The notes under the pieces: model-generated
Told to the model about the DNA's origin: nothing
Seen by the model: only the letters and a program-made list of their open reading frames with translations
Database searches by the model: none
Position numbers and translations under genes: made by a program
Shown: positions 52,212 through 62,170 of the stretch, piece by piece
Layout of the letters: each line of letters opens with the position of its first letter
How positions within the stretch are numbered: the first letter of the stretch is position 1
DNA from: a candidate division WOR-3 bacterium
GTDB lineage: Bacteria; Hydrothermota; Tepidihabitantia; Tepidihabitantales; Tepidihabitantaceae
Reading direction: 5' to 3'
Length of the DNA: 64,000 nt
Assembly: GCA_965649225.1 (NCBI GenBank)
Contig: CBFGJX010000003.1
Span: 32,001 to 96,000, forward strand

Positions 52212-52421
52212 CTGTAATTCCTGTCAGTTGTCGAAGTCTACCGGCGCTTTGAAAGTAGTCAAGCTGACGCCACTTGCGGCCGATAACCGGACTGGAGTTC
52301 TTACTTGACGGCACAACGGTTGGACCCCGTAGTTGTTCGAGCAGACTCTTGTCCTATCCCGTTGCACGTGCTCGACAGTCCGACAACCTCACTCACACGG
52401 CATTATCGACGCCGTTCGGCT

Positions 52422-52455
52422 GAAAACCTGCGCCCCGCCTTGGAGCGGGGCGCAG
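52422..52455 (-). terminator. Intrinsic terminator after the hydrogenase operon
   Basis: ctgcgccccgc / gcggggcgcag stem followed by GTTTTC on the minus strand. Confidence 0.8.
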
Positions 52456-52475
52456 CAGCATCGAACGGATCCAGA

Positions 52476-54419
52476 CTAGACCAGCGAGTCTCCACGCGCG
52501 GTGTAGTGAGTATGCAGGTACTTATGCGATACCTCACCACACGGCCCGTCGGTCAGGAACTCCTGATACAGCTTCAAGACGTGAGGATTCTCATGCGACT
52601 TCCGTATCGGCAGCCCCATGTCTTCGCTGTAGATCGCCTTGGCACGTGCCGCGCGGATGTCAGGCGAAGTCGGTATCGGCTGACCGCCACCGCCAAGGCA
52701 TCCACCCGGGCAGGCCATGAACTCAATGAAATGACATTGACTGAACTTGCCTCCAGCCTTGATGTCTTCCATGACCTTGCGGGCATAAGCCGTACCGTGC
52801 GCCACTGCGACCTTGAGCGTCGCGCCTTTGAGCCAGTTCCAGTCCGCTCCCAGCTTGCCTTTCTTGACGAGCTGAGCAAGCAGTTCCGGCACCGGCCCGA
52901 CTTTGGGGATGGGAATTTCCATGTACTTCACTCCCTCAAAGCCGCGTACCGGCTCGACGTTGGCATTCTGAAAGACCTCCTCAGCCTTGAGGCCGGTGAC
53001 GACCTCAACGACGGTCCGGATCGCTGCTTCCATCACGCCACCGGTCGCACCGAAGATAAGCCCGGCACCTGACGCATCGCCGAACGGCAGGTCCGGGTGC
53101 GAAGGCGGCAGGTTGGGCAGGTCGAGCCCGGCCTCCTTGATCATCATCGCAGTTTCGCGCGTCGTCAGGCCGTAGTCGATGTCCTTGTAACCGGAGGAGT
53201 TCATCTCCGGCCGGTTGGCTTCGAACTTCTTCGCCGAACACGGCATCAGCGAAACGGTGACGATGCTCGCCGGGTCGACGCCTGCCTTCTGGGCATAGTA
53301 GGTCTTGATCAGTGCGCCAAACATCTGCTGCGGTGACTTGCAGCTTGACAGGTAAGGCAGGAACTCAGGATAAAAGTGCTCGCAGAATTTCACCCAGCCG
53401 GGCGAACAGGAGGTAAACTGGGGCAGTGCAACCGGTTCCTTCTTGACCAGTGCCCGGTAGAGCCGGATGAGCAGTTCGGTGCCTTCCTCAATGATTGTCA
53501 AATCAGCAGTGGTGTTGGTATCAAAGACAGCATCAAAGCCGGCACGGCGCAACGCCGTGTTCAGCTGGCCTGTCACCGAAGTACCGGCCGGCAGTCCGAA
53601 TTCCTCGCCGATCGCCGCCCTGGGCGATGGCGCGGTCTGCATCACGACGTGCTTCTTGGGATCATCAATTGCCGCCCAGATTTCGTCTGACGGGTCTTTG
53701 GCCCGCAGCGCGCCGGTGGGGCAACGATTGATGCACTGGCCGCAATTGATGCAGATAACATCCGCCAAGTCACGATCCATGAACGTAGTTATCTCGGTTC
53801 GGTCCGAGCGACCCTCGGCCGTAAGCACGCCGACCGACTGCAGGTCAATGCAGGTGCGGACGCAACGCCGGCAGAGGACGCACTTGTTCATGTCGCGCAC
53901 GACCGAGTAACTCGAACGATCAATCTCGTGGTGCGGTCTGTCGACGTGGCCGAAACGGAAGAAATCGACTCCGTACTCCTTGGCCAGTGCCTGCAGCTCG
54001 CAGTTGTTGTTGCGGAAACAGGAGTAACACTCGCCGTAGTGTTTCGAAAGCAGCAGGTCAAGTATGTGCCGGCGGGCCAGCCGCACCCGTTGCGAGGTCG
54101 TCCGCACGACGGTTGGTTCGGTACAGGGATAGGTACAGGCGGTTTGCAGTGTCCGTTGCTTCTCGACCTCAACGACGCAGATGCGGCACAATCCCGCCAG
54201 ACACAGATCCTCATGATAGCACAGTGTCGGGATGCGAATTCCCGCGGTCCGAGCCGCCTCGAGAATCGTCGTACCGAACGGCACTTTCAGTTCGATGTCG
54301 TCAATCTTCACCGAAACAAGCCCGCCGATATCACCCGGTCTGCCGCCTGGCACCACCAGCGGCTTTTCCGACCCCGGGGTCGCGCAGGTCCCGTCGGCGC
54401 AGGGATTCTTTCTAGCCAT
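52476..54419 (-). CDS. hydA: [FeFe]-hydrogenase catalytic subunit (HydA/HndD type)
   Basis: 2Fe-2S domain (IPTLC..CRIC), HxxxCxxC..C, two CxxCxxCxxxC, H-cluster motifs FTSCSPGW, MPCSAKKFE and EFMACPGGCLGGGGQP; RKSHEN and LHTHY. Confidence 0.95.
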   Translation of the reverse strand: MARKNPCADGTCATPGSEKPLVVPGGRPGDIGGLVSVKIDDIELKVPFGTTILEAARTAGIRIPTLCYHEDLCLAGLCRICVVEVEKQRTLQTACTYPCTEPTVVRTTSQRVRLARRHILDLLLSKHYGECYSCFRNNNCELQALAKEYGVDFFRFGHVDRPHHEIDRSSYSVVRDMNKCVLCRRCVRTCIDLQSVGVLTAEGRSDRTEITTFMDRDLADVICINCGQCINRCPTGALRAKDPSDEIWAAIDDPKKHVVMQTAPSPRAAIGEEFGLPAGTSVTGQLNTALRRAGFDAVFDTNTTADLTIIEEGTELLIRLYRALVKKEPVALPQFTSCSPGWVKFCEHFYPEFLPYLSSCKSPQQMFGALIKTYYAQKAGVDPASIVTVSLMPCSAKKFEANRPEMNSSGYKDIDYGLTTRETAMMIKEAGLDLPNLPPSHPDLPFGDASGAGLIFGATGGVMEAAIRTVVEVVTGLKAEEVFQNANVEPVRGFEGVKYMEIPIPKVGPVPELLAQLVKKGKLGADWNWLKGATLKVAVAHGTAYARKVMEDIKAGGKFSQCHFIEFMACPGGCLGGGGQPIPTSPDIRAARAKAIYSEDMGLPIRKSHENPHVLKLYQEFLTDGPCGEVSHKYLHTHYTARGDSLV

Positions 54420-55602
54420 TGGTCTCTCCTTTGCCGGCAACACGGCCCATGATTTCGGGCCGGAAATGCTCGGTGATGTCCAGAAAAGCGTTGGCGCTCG
54501 ACTGCCCGAGTCCGCATTTCGAAGCCACCTGCATCGTCCGCCCCAGCGATTGCAGCTCCCGCAGATAACTGGAACTGCATCGCCCGGCTTTCAGCAGCCG
54601 CACCCCCTCGAGCAGTTTTGGATTACCCTCCCGGCAGGGAGTGCACTGACCGCAGGACTCCTCGACGAAGAACTCCAGAAAATTCTCCGCCACATCCAGC
54701 ATGTCGCGCTGCGGACCGATGACAATAATCGATCCGCCAGTGGCAAGGTCCTCGTAGCCGAATCGCCGGCCAAACTGACTGCGTGGCACCGTCCGGCCCG
54801 AGGCACCGCCGACCTGCACCGCCTTGGCATCGTTGCCGCCAACAAGGTCCAGCAGCTCAGCGACAGAAGTTCCCCACGGCACCTCGTAAACGCCCGGTCG
54901 GGAGCAGTCGCCGGAAACCGACATCAGTTTGGTGCCGGTAGAAACATCGGTGCCGTAGCGACGAAACCACTCTGGCCCTTTGGCAACGATCAGCGCGCAG
55001 GCCACTAGGGTTTCGACATTATTCACCGCAGTAGGCGCACCAACCAGCCCGGTGTTCACCGGATAAGGCGGCCGGTTGCGTGGCTCCCCGCGACTGCCTT
55101 CCAGCGACTCAATCAGGGCAGTCTCCTCGCCGCAGACATAGGCACCCGAGCCCATCCTGATTTCAATGTCAAAATCGAAACTGGACCCGAGAATCCCGGT
55201 GCCCAGCAATCCGGCTTTCCGTCTCTTTTCCAGTACCAGCTCCAGCCCCTCGCGCATGAACGTATACTCGGCACGCAGGTAGAGCACGCCCAGCCTTGCT
55301 CCGATACAGTAGCCGCCGATGGTCATGCCCTCAAACAGCAGGTCCGGGCGTTCCGAAAGCAGCACCCGGTCCTTGAAAGTACCCGGTTCGCCTTCGTCGG
55401 CATTACAGACGATAAACTTCTTGTCTGCTTGAGCGACAGCACAGAGATTCCATTTGACCGCAGTCGGGAAGCCGGCACCACCCCGTCCCCGGATGCCCGA
55501 TTCACGCACGAGGCGAATGACTTCCGTACGAGGCAGTGAAAGCGCCTTCTTCAGGCCGGCGTTGGGTTCATGCTTTGCCATGATATGGCTGACATTGGTC
55601 AT
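54412..55602 (-). CDS. hydB: NuoF-like FMN/NADH-binding hydrogenase subunit (short form)
   Basis: RGRGGAGFPT, CNADEGEPGTFKDR, GAYVCGEETAL, ESCGQCTPCREG, CGLG. Confidence 0.92.
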   Translation of the reverse strand: MTNVSHIMAKHEPNAGLKKALSLPRTEVIRLVRESGIRGRGGAGFPTAVKWNLCAVAQADKKFIVCNADEGEPGTFKDRVLLSERPDLLFEGMTIGGYCIGARLGVLYLRAEYTFMREGLELVLEKRRKAGLLGTGILGSSFDFDIEIRMGSGAYVCGEETALIESLEGSRGEPRNRPPYPVNTGLVGAPTAVNNVETLVACALIVAKGPEWFRRYGTDVSTGTKLMSVSGDCSRPGVYEVPWGTSVAELLDLVGGNDAKAVQVGGASGRTVPRSQFGRRFGYEDLATGGSIIVIGPQRDMLDVAENFLEFFVEESCGQCTPCREGNPKLLEGVRLLKAGRCSSSYLRELQSLGRTMQVASKCGLGQSSANAFLDITEHFRPEIMGRVAGKGETNG

Positions 55603-56117
55603 CGGTAACCTCCCGTCTTCATTACGCTCGCCGGACCAAATGTGCGACGGTACTTCTCGATGATATCCGAGACCATGTCCGGCTGCACCCGGGTGTAGAT
55701 GTCACTGTTGACCATCAGTGCCGGTCCCATGTCACACATCCCCAGACAATTGGTATACTCGAGGGTGAAAACCCGATCCGGCGTCGTACCGCCGAACGGG
55801 ACACCCAGCTCATTCTCCAGCTGACGGGCGACATTGCGCTTACCGGCAAAGTCACAGGAAAGCGTCTGACAAAGCCGCACTATGAACTTGCCTTTCGGCT
55901 CGGTGGACAGAAATGAGTAGAAGGAAACAACACCGTACACCTCGCTCGGGAAAACCCGTAGCTGACGGGCAATTTCCTGCATCGCGAAGTCCGACACGTG
56001 GCGATAACGTTCCTGGATTGCCACCAGTATCGGCAGCATTCCGTCCCGTTTGTGCTCATACTTCTCAGCCAGGCGGGCAATCTCCTGGCGCAGTGTCTCT
56101 CGTTCTGTTGCCAACAT
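55599..56117 (-). CDS. hydC: NuoE-like [2Fe-2S] hydrogenase subunit
   Basis: VYGVVSFYS, CQTLSC and CLGMCDMGP. Confidence 0.92.
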   Translation of the reverse strand: MLATERETLRQEIARLAEKYEHKRDGMLPILVAIQERYRHVSDFAMQEIARQLRVFPSEVYGVVSFYSFLSTEPKGKFIVRLCQTLSCDFAGKRNVARQLENELGVPFGGTTPDRVFTLEYTNCLGMCDMGPALMVNSDIYTRVQPDMVSDIIEKYRRTFGPASVMKTGGYR

Positions 56118-56128
56118 AATCTATTCCA

Positions 56129-56503
56129 TTACTGCCGCAGCAGCGACTTCACCTTGGCCAGCAGGTCAGAGGGCGCCACCGGCTTGGTGACAAACTCGTC
56201 CACCGGTGCCAGCTCGCTGTCCTTGCCGTACTTGTAACCGGTCACCTGGCCGATTGATGTCAAAATCATTATCGGCGTCTTGACACCCTTACGGCGGAGA
56301 TCCTGCGCCGCGACAAAACCGTCATCGGGCTGCTCCATCATCACGTCGAGGATGATCAGGTCCGGCCGGGCTGTCTCAACCGCTTTCATACCGTCGGCAC
56401 GGTTGTCCGCGCTGACGACCTGATAACCTTCAGCCTCGAGAATGAGCCGCACCGAATCGACGATATCGGGGTCGTCGTCAACAATCAGCACCTTCGGCAT
56501 CAT
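56129..56503 (-). CDS. Single-domain response regulator
   Basis: VLIVDDD, PDLIILDVMM, ILTS, TKP; AAGGAG SD. Confidence 0.92.
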   Translation of the reverse strand: MMPKVLIVDDDPDIVDSVRLILEAEGYQVVSADNRADGMKAVETARPDLIILDVMMEQPDDGFVAAQDLRRKGVKTPIMILTSIGQVTGYKYGKDSELAPVDEFVTKPVAPSDLLAKVKSLLRQ

Positions 56504-56682
56504 TGCTCCTTTCAACTGCCGGCAACAGCCATTGCTTGACTGTCGGCGGCAAGTCTTTTGCAGTTATTCACAAAACGGAGGCTGAGTATAACCGGTGCCG
56601 CTGTACTGTAAAGCCCACCCGATAGAACCGCCGGCATTTGACGTAGACCAGCCCGGCGCTATCCTGTCGATGCTGGTCGAAT

Positions 56683-58035
56683 TTGCCATCTGCCATGGAA
56701 GAAACATCTGCACCGCTCCGACCCGAGCCTGGCACCGAGCTGGAAGTCAACCCGGCAGCAGTACAGATGGTTCTCACCGACCTGCGCGAAATCAGCCTCT
56801 CCGGCAAATCGCTGTTTGAAGTTCTGGACGCGGTCTATGATACCCTCTACCCGATTATCCCATTCGACCGCTTGTCAGCAGCTTTCTACAATGAGGAAAC
56901 CGGCCTGGTGGTTTCCCGCTGGGTACGGGGCGAACGTCCGGCCAGCGCAATCGGCACCGGCTACTGGGCCGAACTGAAAGGCTCATCCCTTGAGCCGATC
57001 ATGCGTACTGGACGACCGCGCATCATCAATGACCTTGAAGCCTATCTCGCCGACCATCCTGAATCGACGCGGACCCGGGATGCCCTTCGCGACGGCATCC
57101 GCTCCAACCTGACCTGCCCGCTGCTGGCCGGCGCCCGGCCGATCGGCTTTCTTTTCTTCAGCTCAAGCCGCAAGAACGCTTATCGTCCGGAGCATGTTGA
57201 CACTTTCCGGGCGGTGGCGGAATCACTGTCGCTGGCGGTTGAGAAAGTGAAATACCTTGACGACCTGGCTCAGGCCAAGCGGAACTACGCTCAGATTCTC
57301 TATTTCGTCGCCCACGAATTGAAAGCACCGTTATCAGCAGTGGTCACCATCGGTCAAACTCTGCTCGACGGCTATGTCGGCAAGCTCACCCCGGCTCAGG
57401 CCGAGAAGGTCGGCCGGATGGTCACCAGCTCCAACCATCTGATCAAGCTCGTACGTGACTACATCGACCTTTCCCAGATTGAAACCGGCGAACTGCGCTT
57501 CGCTCCGCGCGCCGACGTTGACCTGGTTGAAGAAGTTATCCGGCCAATGCTGGAACTGCAGGAACCGATGGCCGCCGCCCGGAGCATGACACTCAAAACC
57601 GATCTCGAAAACCTGCTCGCACCCTGTGACCCAAGGCTGCTGCAGATCGTTTTCGGCAACCTGCTCAGCAATGCGGTCAAATACGGCCGTGAAGGCGGGA
57701 CGATCATGGTCCGGCTGGTCCGCCGAGCCTTTTTTGACTACACCGACACCGGTGAACGGCTGCGACGCTGGTGGGCACTCTTTGCCGTACGCAATGATGG
57801 CGTCGGATTCACGCCGGAACAGAAACAAAAACTCTTCGGACGGTTTCAACGCCTGCACCACCCGGAACACAGAAGCGTTGCCGGCTCCGGCCTCGGCCTC
57901 TACATTTCCCGTCAGATTGTCCTCCGGCACGGCGGCGAAATGGCCGCCGAGTCAGAACCCGGTCAGTGGGCCGAGTTCAGCTTCCGCATCCCGCTGTCGC
58001 AGCAACCACCGCTGTCGACCGAAACTTCAGGCTAG
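56683..58035 (+). CDS. Cytoplasmic GAF-domain histidine kinase
   Basis: GAF (RSNLTCPL...IGFLFFSS), H-box AHELKAPL, N-box NLLSNAVKY, DGVG, GSGLGL. Confidence 0.92.
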   Translation: MPSAMEETSAPLRPEPGTELEVNPAAVQMVLTDLREISLSGKSLFEVLDAVYDTLYPIIPFDRLSAAFYNEETGLVVSRWVRGERPASAIGTGYWAELKGSSLEPIMRTGRPRIINDLEAYLADHPESTRTRDALRDGIRSNLTCPLLAGARPIGFLFFSSSRKNAYRPEHVDTFRAVAESLSLAVEKVKYLDDLAQAKRNYAQILYFVAHELKAPLSAVVTIGQTLLDGYVGKLTPAQAEKVGRMVTSSNHLIKLVRDYIDLSQIETGELRFAPRADVDLVEEVIRPMLELQEPMAAARSMTLKTDLENLLAPCDPRLLQIVFGNLLSNAVKYGREGGTIMVRLVRRAFFDYTDTGERLRRWWALFAVRNDGVGFTPEQKQKLFGRFQRLHHPEHRSVAGSGLGLYISRQIVLRHGGEMAAESEPGQWAEFSFRIPLSQQPPLSTETSG

Positions 58036-58042
58036 CGACGCT

Positions 58043-59542
58043 TCAGCTTGCGCTGACCACCGCCAGCTCGGCGAATTCCCGTGCCAGCGCCGGATACAGC
58101 GCCCGGTAACGTTGATAGAGTCGGGCGTAACGCGCAGTTTCCGGCCCGGGTCGGGTAACGCCGGTCTCCTGTACCGCCGTGCGGCACGCCGCCGCCACAT
58201 CCGGAAAAACTCCAATACCGACAGCGGCCAGCAGTGCCGCGCCATACGCGGCACCCTGATTGACATTTACCGTCACCAGCTCCCGGCCGAAAACGTCGCT
58301 CATGATCTGCCGCCAGAGAACCGACCCGGCACCGCCGCCCGAAACTCTGATTCGGCCGCACTCAACCTGCAGCCGGCACAACAGCTCCAGACAGTCATTC
58401 AGGCTGAACGCGACACCCTCCAGCACCGCCCGCGCCAGGTGGGCACGACCGTGCGCCAGCGAGAGACCGAAGAACACTCCCCGGGCGTGCGGGTCGGCAT
58501 AAGGGGTGCGCTCGCCGGAGAGATAGGGCAGAAAGATCAGGCCATCGGCGCCGGCCTTGACACCGGCCGCCAGGCCGTCGAGCCGGTCGTAATCCGTCTC
58601 CAGCAGGTCCCGCAGCCAGCGGAAACTGCCCCCGGCGGACAGGGTGACGCCCATCAGATGCCAGCGATTCGGGGCGGCGTGACAATAGGCGTGCAATCCG
58701 CCGGCCGGGTCAACAACCGGCTGGTCGGTGGCGGCAAAAACCACCCCGGAGGTGCCGATTGTAACTGAGGCAACACCTTCGTCGACAATCCCGGTGCCGA
58801 TTGACTGCGCTGCCTGGTCGCCGGCTCCGGCCACGACCGGCGTCCCCGCTGTCAGTCCGCATTCTGCCGCGGCCGCAGGCGCGATTCGTGCCGTTACCTC
58901 CGCCGACTCGGCAGCCGCCGGCATCAGCTCCGGCGCAACATCAAGCAGACCCAGAATCTCAGCTGACCACTGCCGCCGCCGCAAGTCAAGCAGGTTCGTA
59001 CCCGAAGCGTCGGCGACATCGGTTCCCAAGAACCCGGTCAGTCGCAGCCGGACATAGTCTTTGGGCAACAGCATTCGATTCGCCCGGGAATAAACCTCCG
59101 GCTCACGTTCACGCACCCACAGCAGTTTGCCGGCAGTAAAACCGGTCAAGGCCGGCTTGCCGGTCAGCTCAATCAGTCGCAGCCGGCCAACGCGCCGCTC
59201 AATTTCCGCACACTGCGCTGCTGTACGCTGGTCGTTCCACATGATGCAGCGCCGCAACGCCGCCCCGCTGCGGTCGACCAGCACCAGCCCGTGCATCTGC
59301 CCGGTCAGCCCCACTGCCGCTACCGACGAACCACTGTAACCGGCCGCAGTCAGCACCTGCTTGACACCGGCAACAGTTGCCCGCCACCAGTCATCCGGCT
59401 CCTGTTCGGCCCAGCCCGGCCGCGGCACATGCATCGGATAGGCAACCATCGCCTCGGCAACGACTGCGCCCCGGCGATCAATCAACACCGTCTTGGCACC
59501 ACTGGTGCCGATATCGATGCCGAGCAACAACTCCGGTTTCAT
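58043..59542 (-). CDS. xylB: Xylulokinase
   Basis: GIDIGTSGAK, GQMHG, WNDQR, LPKDY, GDQAA, GTSG, LPYLSGERTP. ATG 59542 overlaps the upstream stop. Confidence 0.92.
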   Translation of the reverse strand: MKPELLLGIDIGTSGAKTVLIDRRGAVVAEAMVAYPMHVPRPGWAEQEPDDWWRATVAGVKQVLTAAGYSGSSVAAVGLTGQMHGLVLVDRSGAALRRCIMWNDQRTAAQCAEIERRVGRLRLIELTGKPALTGFTAGKLLWVREREPEVYSRANRMLLPKDYVRLRLTGFLGTDVADASGTNLLDLRRRQWSAEILGLLDVAPELMPAAAESAEVTARIAPAAAAECGLTAGTPVVAGAGDQAAQSIGTGIVDEGVASVTIGTSGVVFAATDQPVVDPAGGLHAYCHAAPNRWHLMGVTLSAGGSFRWLRDLLETDYDRLDGLAAGVKAGADGLIFLPYLSGERTPYADPHARGVFFGLSLAHGRAHLARAVLEGVAFSLNDCLELLCRLQVECGRIRVSGGGAGSVLWRQIMSDVFGRELVTVNVNQGAAYGAALLAAVGIGVFPDVAAACRTAVQETGVTRPGPETARYARLYQRYRALYPALAREFAELAVVSAS

Positions 59543-60690
59543 TTCAGTCGGAACGGTGCCAGTGGTGACAGCCGGTCCGGGCACGCGGCCCGAACCCGAA
59601 CAAGGTAGGCCTCAATCCAGCCCCGGGCCAGGTCGGGCCGGGTCACCGCGTTGACAATTGACTCATGGTCAAGGTCGTTGATACGGTCATTGGCAGCGCG
59701 GACGGCGTCCATTGAAATCCGCAATGCGGTCTCGACCGGCATCCGCTCCGGATTGATATCAATGCCGAACCAGCCCCGGTAGCCGTGCATCTTCAGTACA
59801 TACAGCATCGCCTCGATTGCCTCCGGCGATACTGTGCCGACATTGAGGTCCTGGTCAAAATTGCCCAGCGGCTGACTGTTGAGATGAACGTGTACCAGCC
59901 GACCCTCGGCCAGCGGCCACGAATAGGCATACGGCAGGTCCTCATACGCCATCAGGGCATGCCCCACCTCCGGATTCAACCCGACCAGAGCGTGTCCCTC
60001 TGCCAGCAGCCGACGATTCTCGGTTGCGGTCAGCCGTGCTTCAACTGCGTGTGCCAGCAGCATTCCCTCGGCCGTCGTGCCGAAGATAATCCGGCCCCGC
60101 GGCTCGTAGGGCTTCGGCTCGAAGGCCACCCGCACTCCCGGCACTGCGTCGATTGCCTCAACCAGCCCGGTTACAAACCGCTCCCGCAACGCCGGGAAGT
60201 CGATCCCGAACGGATTCTCGTATCCGTCTATTCCGGGCCAGACCACACAGAAGTCCGTCTCCAGCTCGCGGTTGAGCTCCAGTGCCCGCCGCAGCAGTTC
60301 CACCGCCTGACGCCGTGCCGGCTCCAGCGGGCTTGACAGCGAACCGAACTCAAAACCGGCATCACGAAACAGCAGCGGAATGATTGTCAACAGCCTGATA
60401 CCGGTGTCGCGGCTGAAACTGCGCCACAGTTCCAGATTCTGCTCGTTGATCTCATTCGGATAGTGCGCCTCGAGTGCGCCCAGCCCGTAATCCTTCAACC
60501 GCGCGGCGACGTCCAGCCGCTCCGCAATCGTCCGTTCCGGTCCGTAGCGGGCGTGAAAGCGGCTGTCTGCCGGCGAGAAATACCAGATGCCGGCCGAGAA
60601 GCGCAATTCGAGCTGGAAGGATTTGAGATGCTCAATCATTGCCGAAGGCGACCGGCGCACCGCCTGCGGACGCAAGTCCTGTCTGGGCAT
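59539..60690 (-). CDS. Xylose isomerase-like TIM-barrel protein
   Basis: FSAGIW, WPGIDG, FEPKPYEPR, NPEVGH, HLN...FDQD; coupled to xylB. Confidence 0.85.
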   Translation of the reverse strand: MPRQDLRPQAVRRSPSAMIEHLKSFQLELRFSAGIWYFSPADSRFHARYGPERTIAERLDVAARLKDYGLGALEAHYPNEINEQNLELWRSFSRDTGIRLLTIIPLLFRDAGFEFGSLSSPLEPARRQAVELLRRALELNRELETDFCVVWPGIDGYENPFGIDFPALRERFVTGLVEAIDAVPGVRVAFEPKPYEPRGRIIFGTTAEGMLLAHAVEARLTATENRRLLAEGHALVGLNPEVGHALMAYEDLPYAYSWPLAEGRLVHVHLNSQPLGNFDQDLNVGTVSPEAIEAMLYVLKMHGYRGWFGIDINPERMPVETALRISMDAVRAANDRINDLDHESIVNAVTRPDLARGWIEAYLVRVRAACPDRLSPLAPFRLK

Positions 60691-60764
60691 GGCCGATTGT
60701 CCCGCTCCACTCGCTGCTTGTCAACGCCGGTTGACTCGGCCGCTTCACAATTCTACACTGCCCC

Positions 60765-62123
60765 GTGCCGATGACGCTGTTTTTTGTTCTCGCATCATTG
60801 CCGACCTTGCTGTGGGAATCCCGTTACAACGGTCCCGACAATCTTGAAGACCGCGCTGCGGCGATGGTCGCCGACAGCATCGGCAACTGCTGGGTTGCCG
60901 GCTTCAGTTACGGGCTCGGCACGGACTTTCAGTTTACGGTTGCTGCCTTTGCGCCCGACGGCAGACTGCGCTGGAGCCAACGCTACGGTTCTCCGGCCAA
61001 CAGCGAAGACCGCGCCTGGGTCATTGCCCGCGACTCGACCGGCGCAATAGTTGCGGCCGGCGGCACACTTGCTGACCCTGCCACCGGCTGGGACGTATTG
61101 CTCGCCCGCTACGACGCCGACAGCGGTACGACCCACTGGCTGCACCGGCTCGACCTCCCCTGGCACTCTGACGACCGCATCGCGGCACTCGGCATCACCG
61201 CCAGCAACAACCCGATCGCCGCCGTCACCAGTCGGCGTTCAGGCGGCCGTCGCGACACCGACATCGTTCTCGTCCTCTTCTCGGCCGACGGTGAGACACT
61301 CTGGACCCGTTCCTGGGACGGCGCCAGTCGGGGCAACGATGAAGCAGTCGCGCTTGCCCTCGGCGATAATTCGGTTTATGTCGTCGGCCGCACCACATCT
61401 GGCGGGTTGTCAACCGACATTGTCCTGCTCCGCTTCGACCTGGACGGCACTCTGGTCTGGAGCCGCACCATCGACGGCCCGGGACGTGCGACCGACTTTC
61501 CGGCTCAGGTTGTCTACCGTGCCGGACAAGTATTCGTCGCCGGTACCGTCACCGGTCTGGCCACTTCCTACGACTGGTATGTCGCGGTGTTCGACAGCAA
61601 CGGCAGGAACCGCTGGCACCATCAATGGGACGGCAACGGTCGGTCTGACATTCTCGAAGCAATCGCTCTCGACTCCGCCGGCACGGTCATCGCCACGGGC
61701 CACACGACCAGCGTCGATGCCGGCATCGACGCCGCAATCGTCAAACTTGACGCCGCTGGCCGCCGCGTCTGGACCCGCCGCTACAACGGCGAGCGCAACT
61801 CCACCGACCGCGGCTGGCGCATCGCCATCGGCCCCGAAGGTCCGGTGGTAGCCGCCAGCTCAGTCGGATCGTCCGGATTCCCCGAACTCGTCCTGCTCGG
61901 CCTGTCTCCGACCGGTGATTCACTGTGGGCCTGGCGGCGCCCCAATCCGGTGCCGGGTGAAACTCGTCCGGTTGGCATCGCCCTGTTGACCGAAAGGAGT
62001 AATTGCCAGCAATCCAACCCGGTCCTCTGTGCCGGCTGGACCCTGGTCGCACCGGGCGGCAACTTCGACTGGTTCGTTCTGAGGCTGGCACCGGCGGGCC
62101 GGCCGCCCGACCCCGGGAATTGA
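60765..62123 (+). CDS. Exported beta-propeller repeat protein (SBBP-like)
   Basis: About seven repeats of W...Y/W.G....D.a..ia.D..G......G...D. Confidence 0.75.
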   Translation: MPMTLFFVLASLPTLLWESRYNGPDNLEDRAAAMVADSIGNCWVAGFSYGLGTDFQFTVAAFAPDGRLRWSQRYGSPANSEDRAWVIARDSTGAIVAAGGTLADPATGWDVLLARYDADSGTTHWLHRLDLPWHSDDRIAALGITASNNPIAAVTSRRSGGRRDTDIVLVLFSADGETLWTRSWDGASRGNDEAVALALGDNSVYVVGRTTSGGLSTDIVLLRFDLDGTLVWSRTIDGPGRATDFPAQVVYRAGQVFVAGTVTGLATSYDWYVAVFDSNGRNRWHHQWDGNGRSDILEAIALDSAGTVIATGHTTSVDAGIDAAIVKLDAAGRRVWTRRYNGERNSTDRGWRIAIGPEGPVVAASSVGSSGFPELVLLGLSPTGDSLWAWRRPNPVPGETRPVGIALLTERSNCQQSNPVLCAGWTLVAPGGNFDWFVLRLAPAGRPPDPGN

Positions 62124-62170
62124 TTCATCCGTTCTTGACTGCACTGGCTCGCGCCGTAATGTAACTGCAT

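Noticed and set aside
52270..52420. Short ORFs or ncRNA between hydA and adk
   Set aside because: No convincing SD, promoter pairing or structure beyond the terminator.
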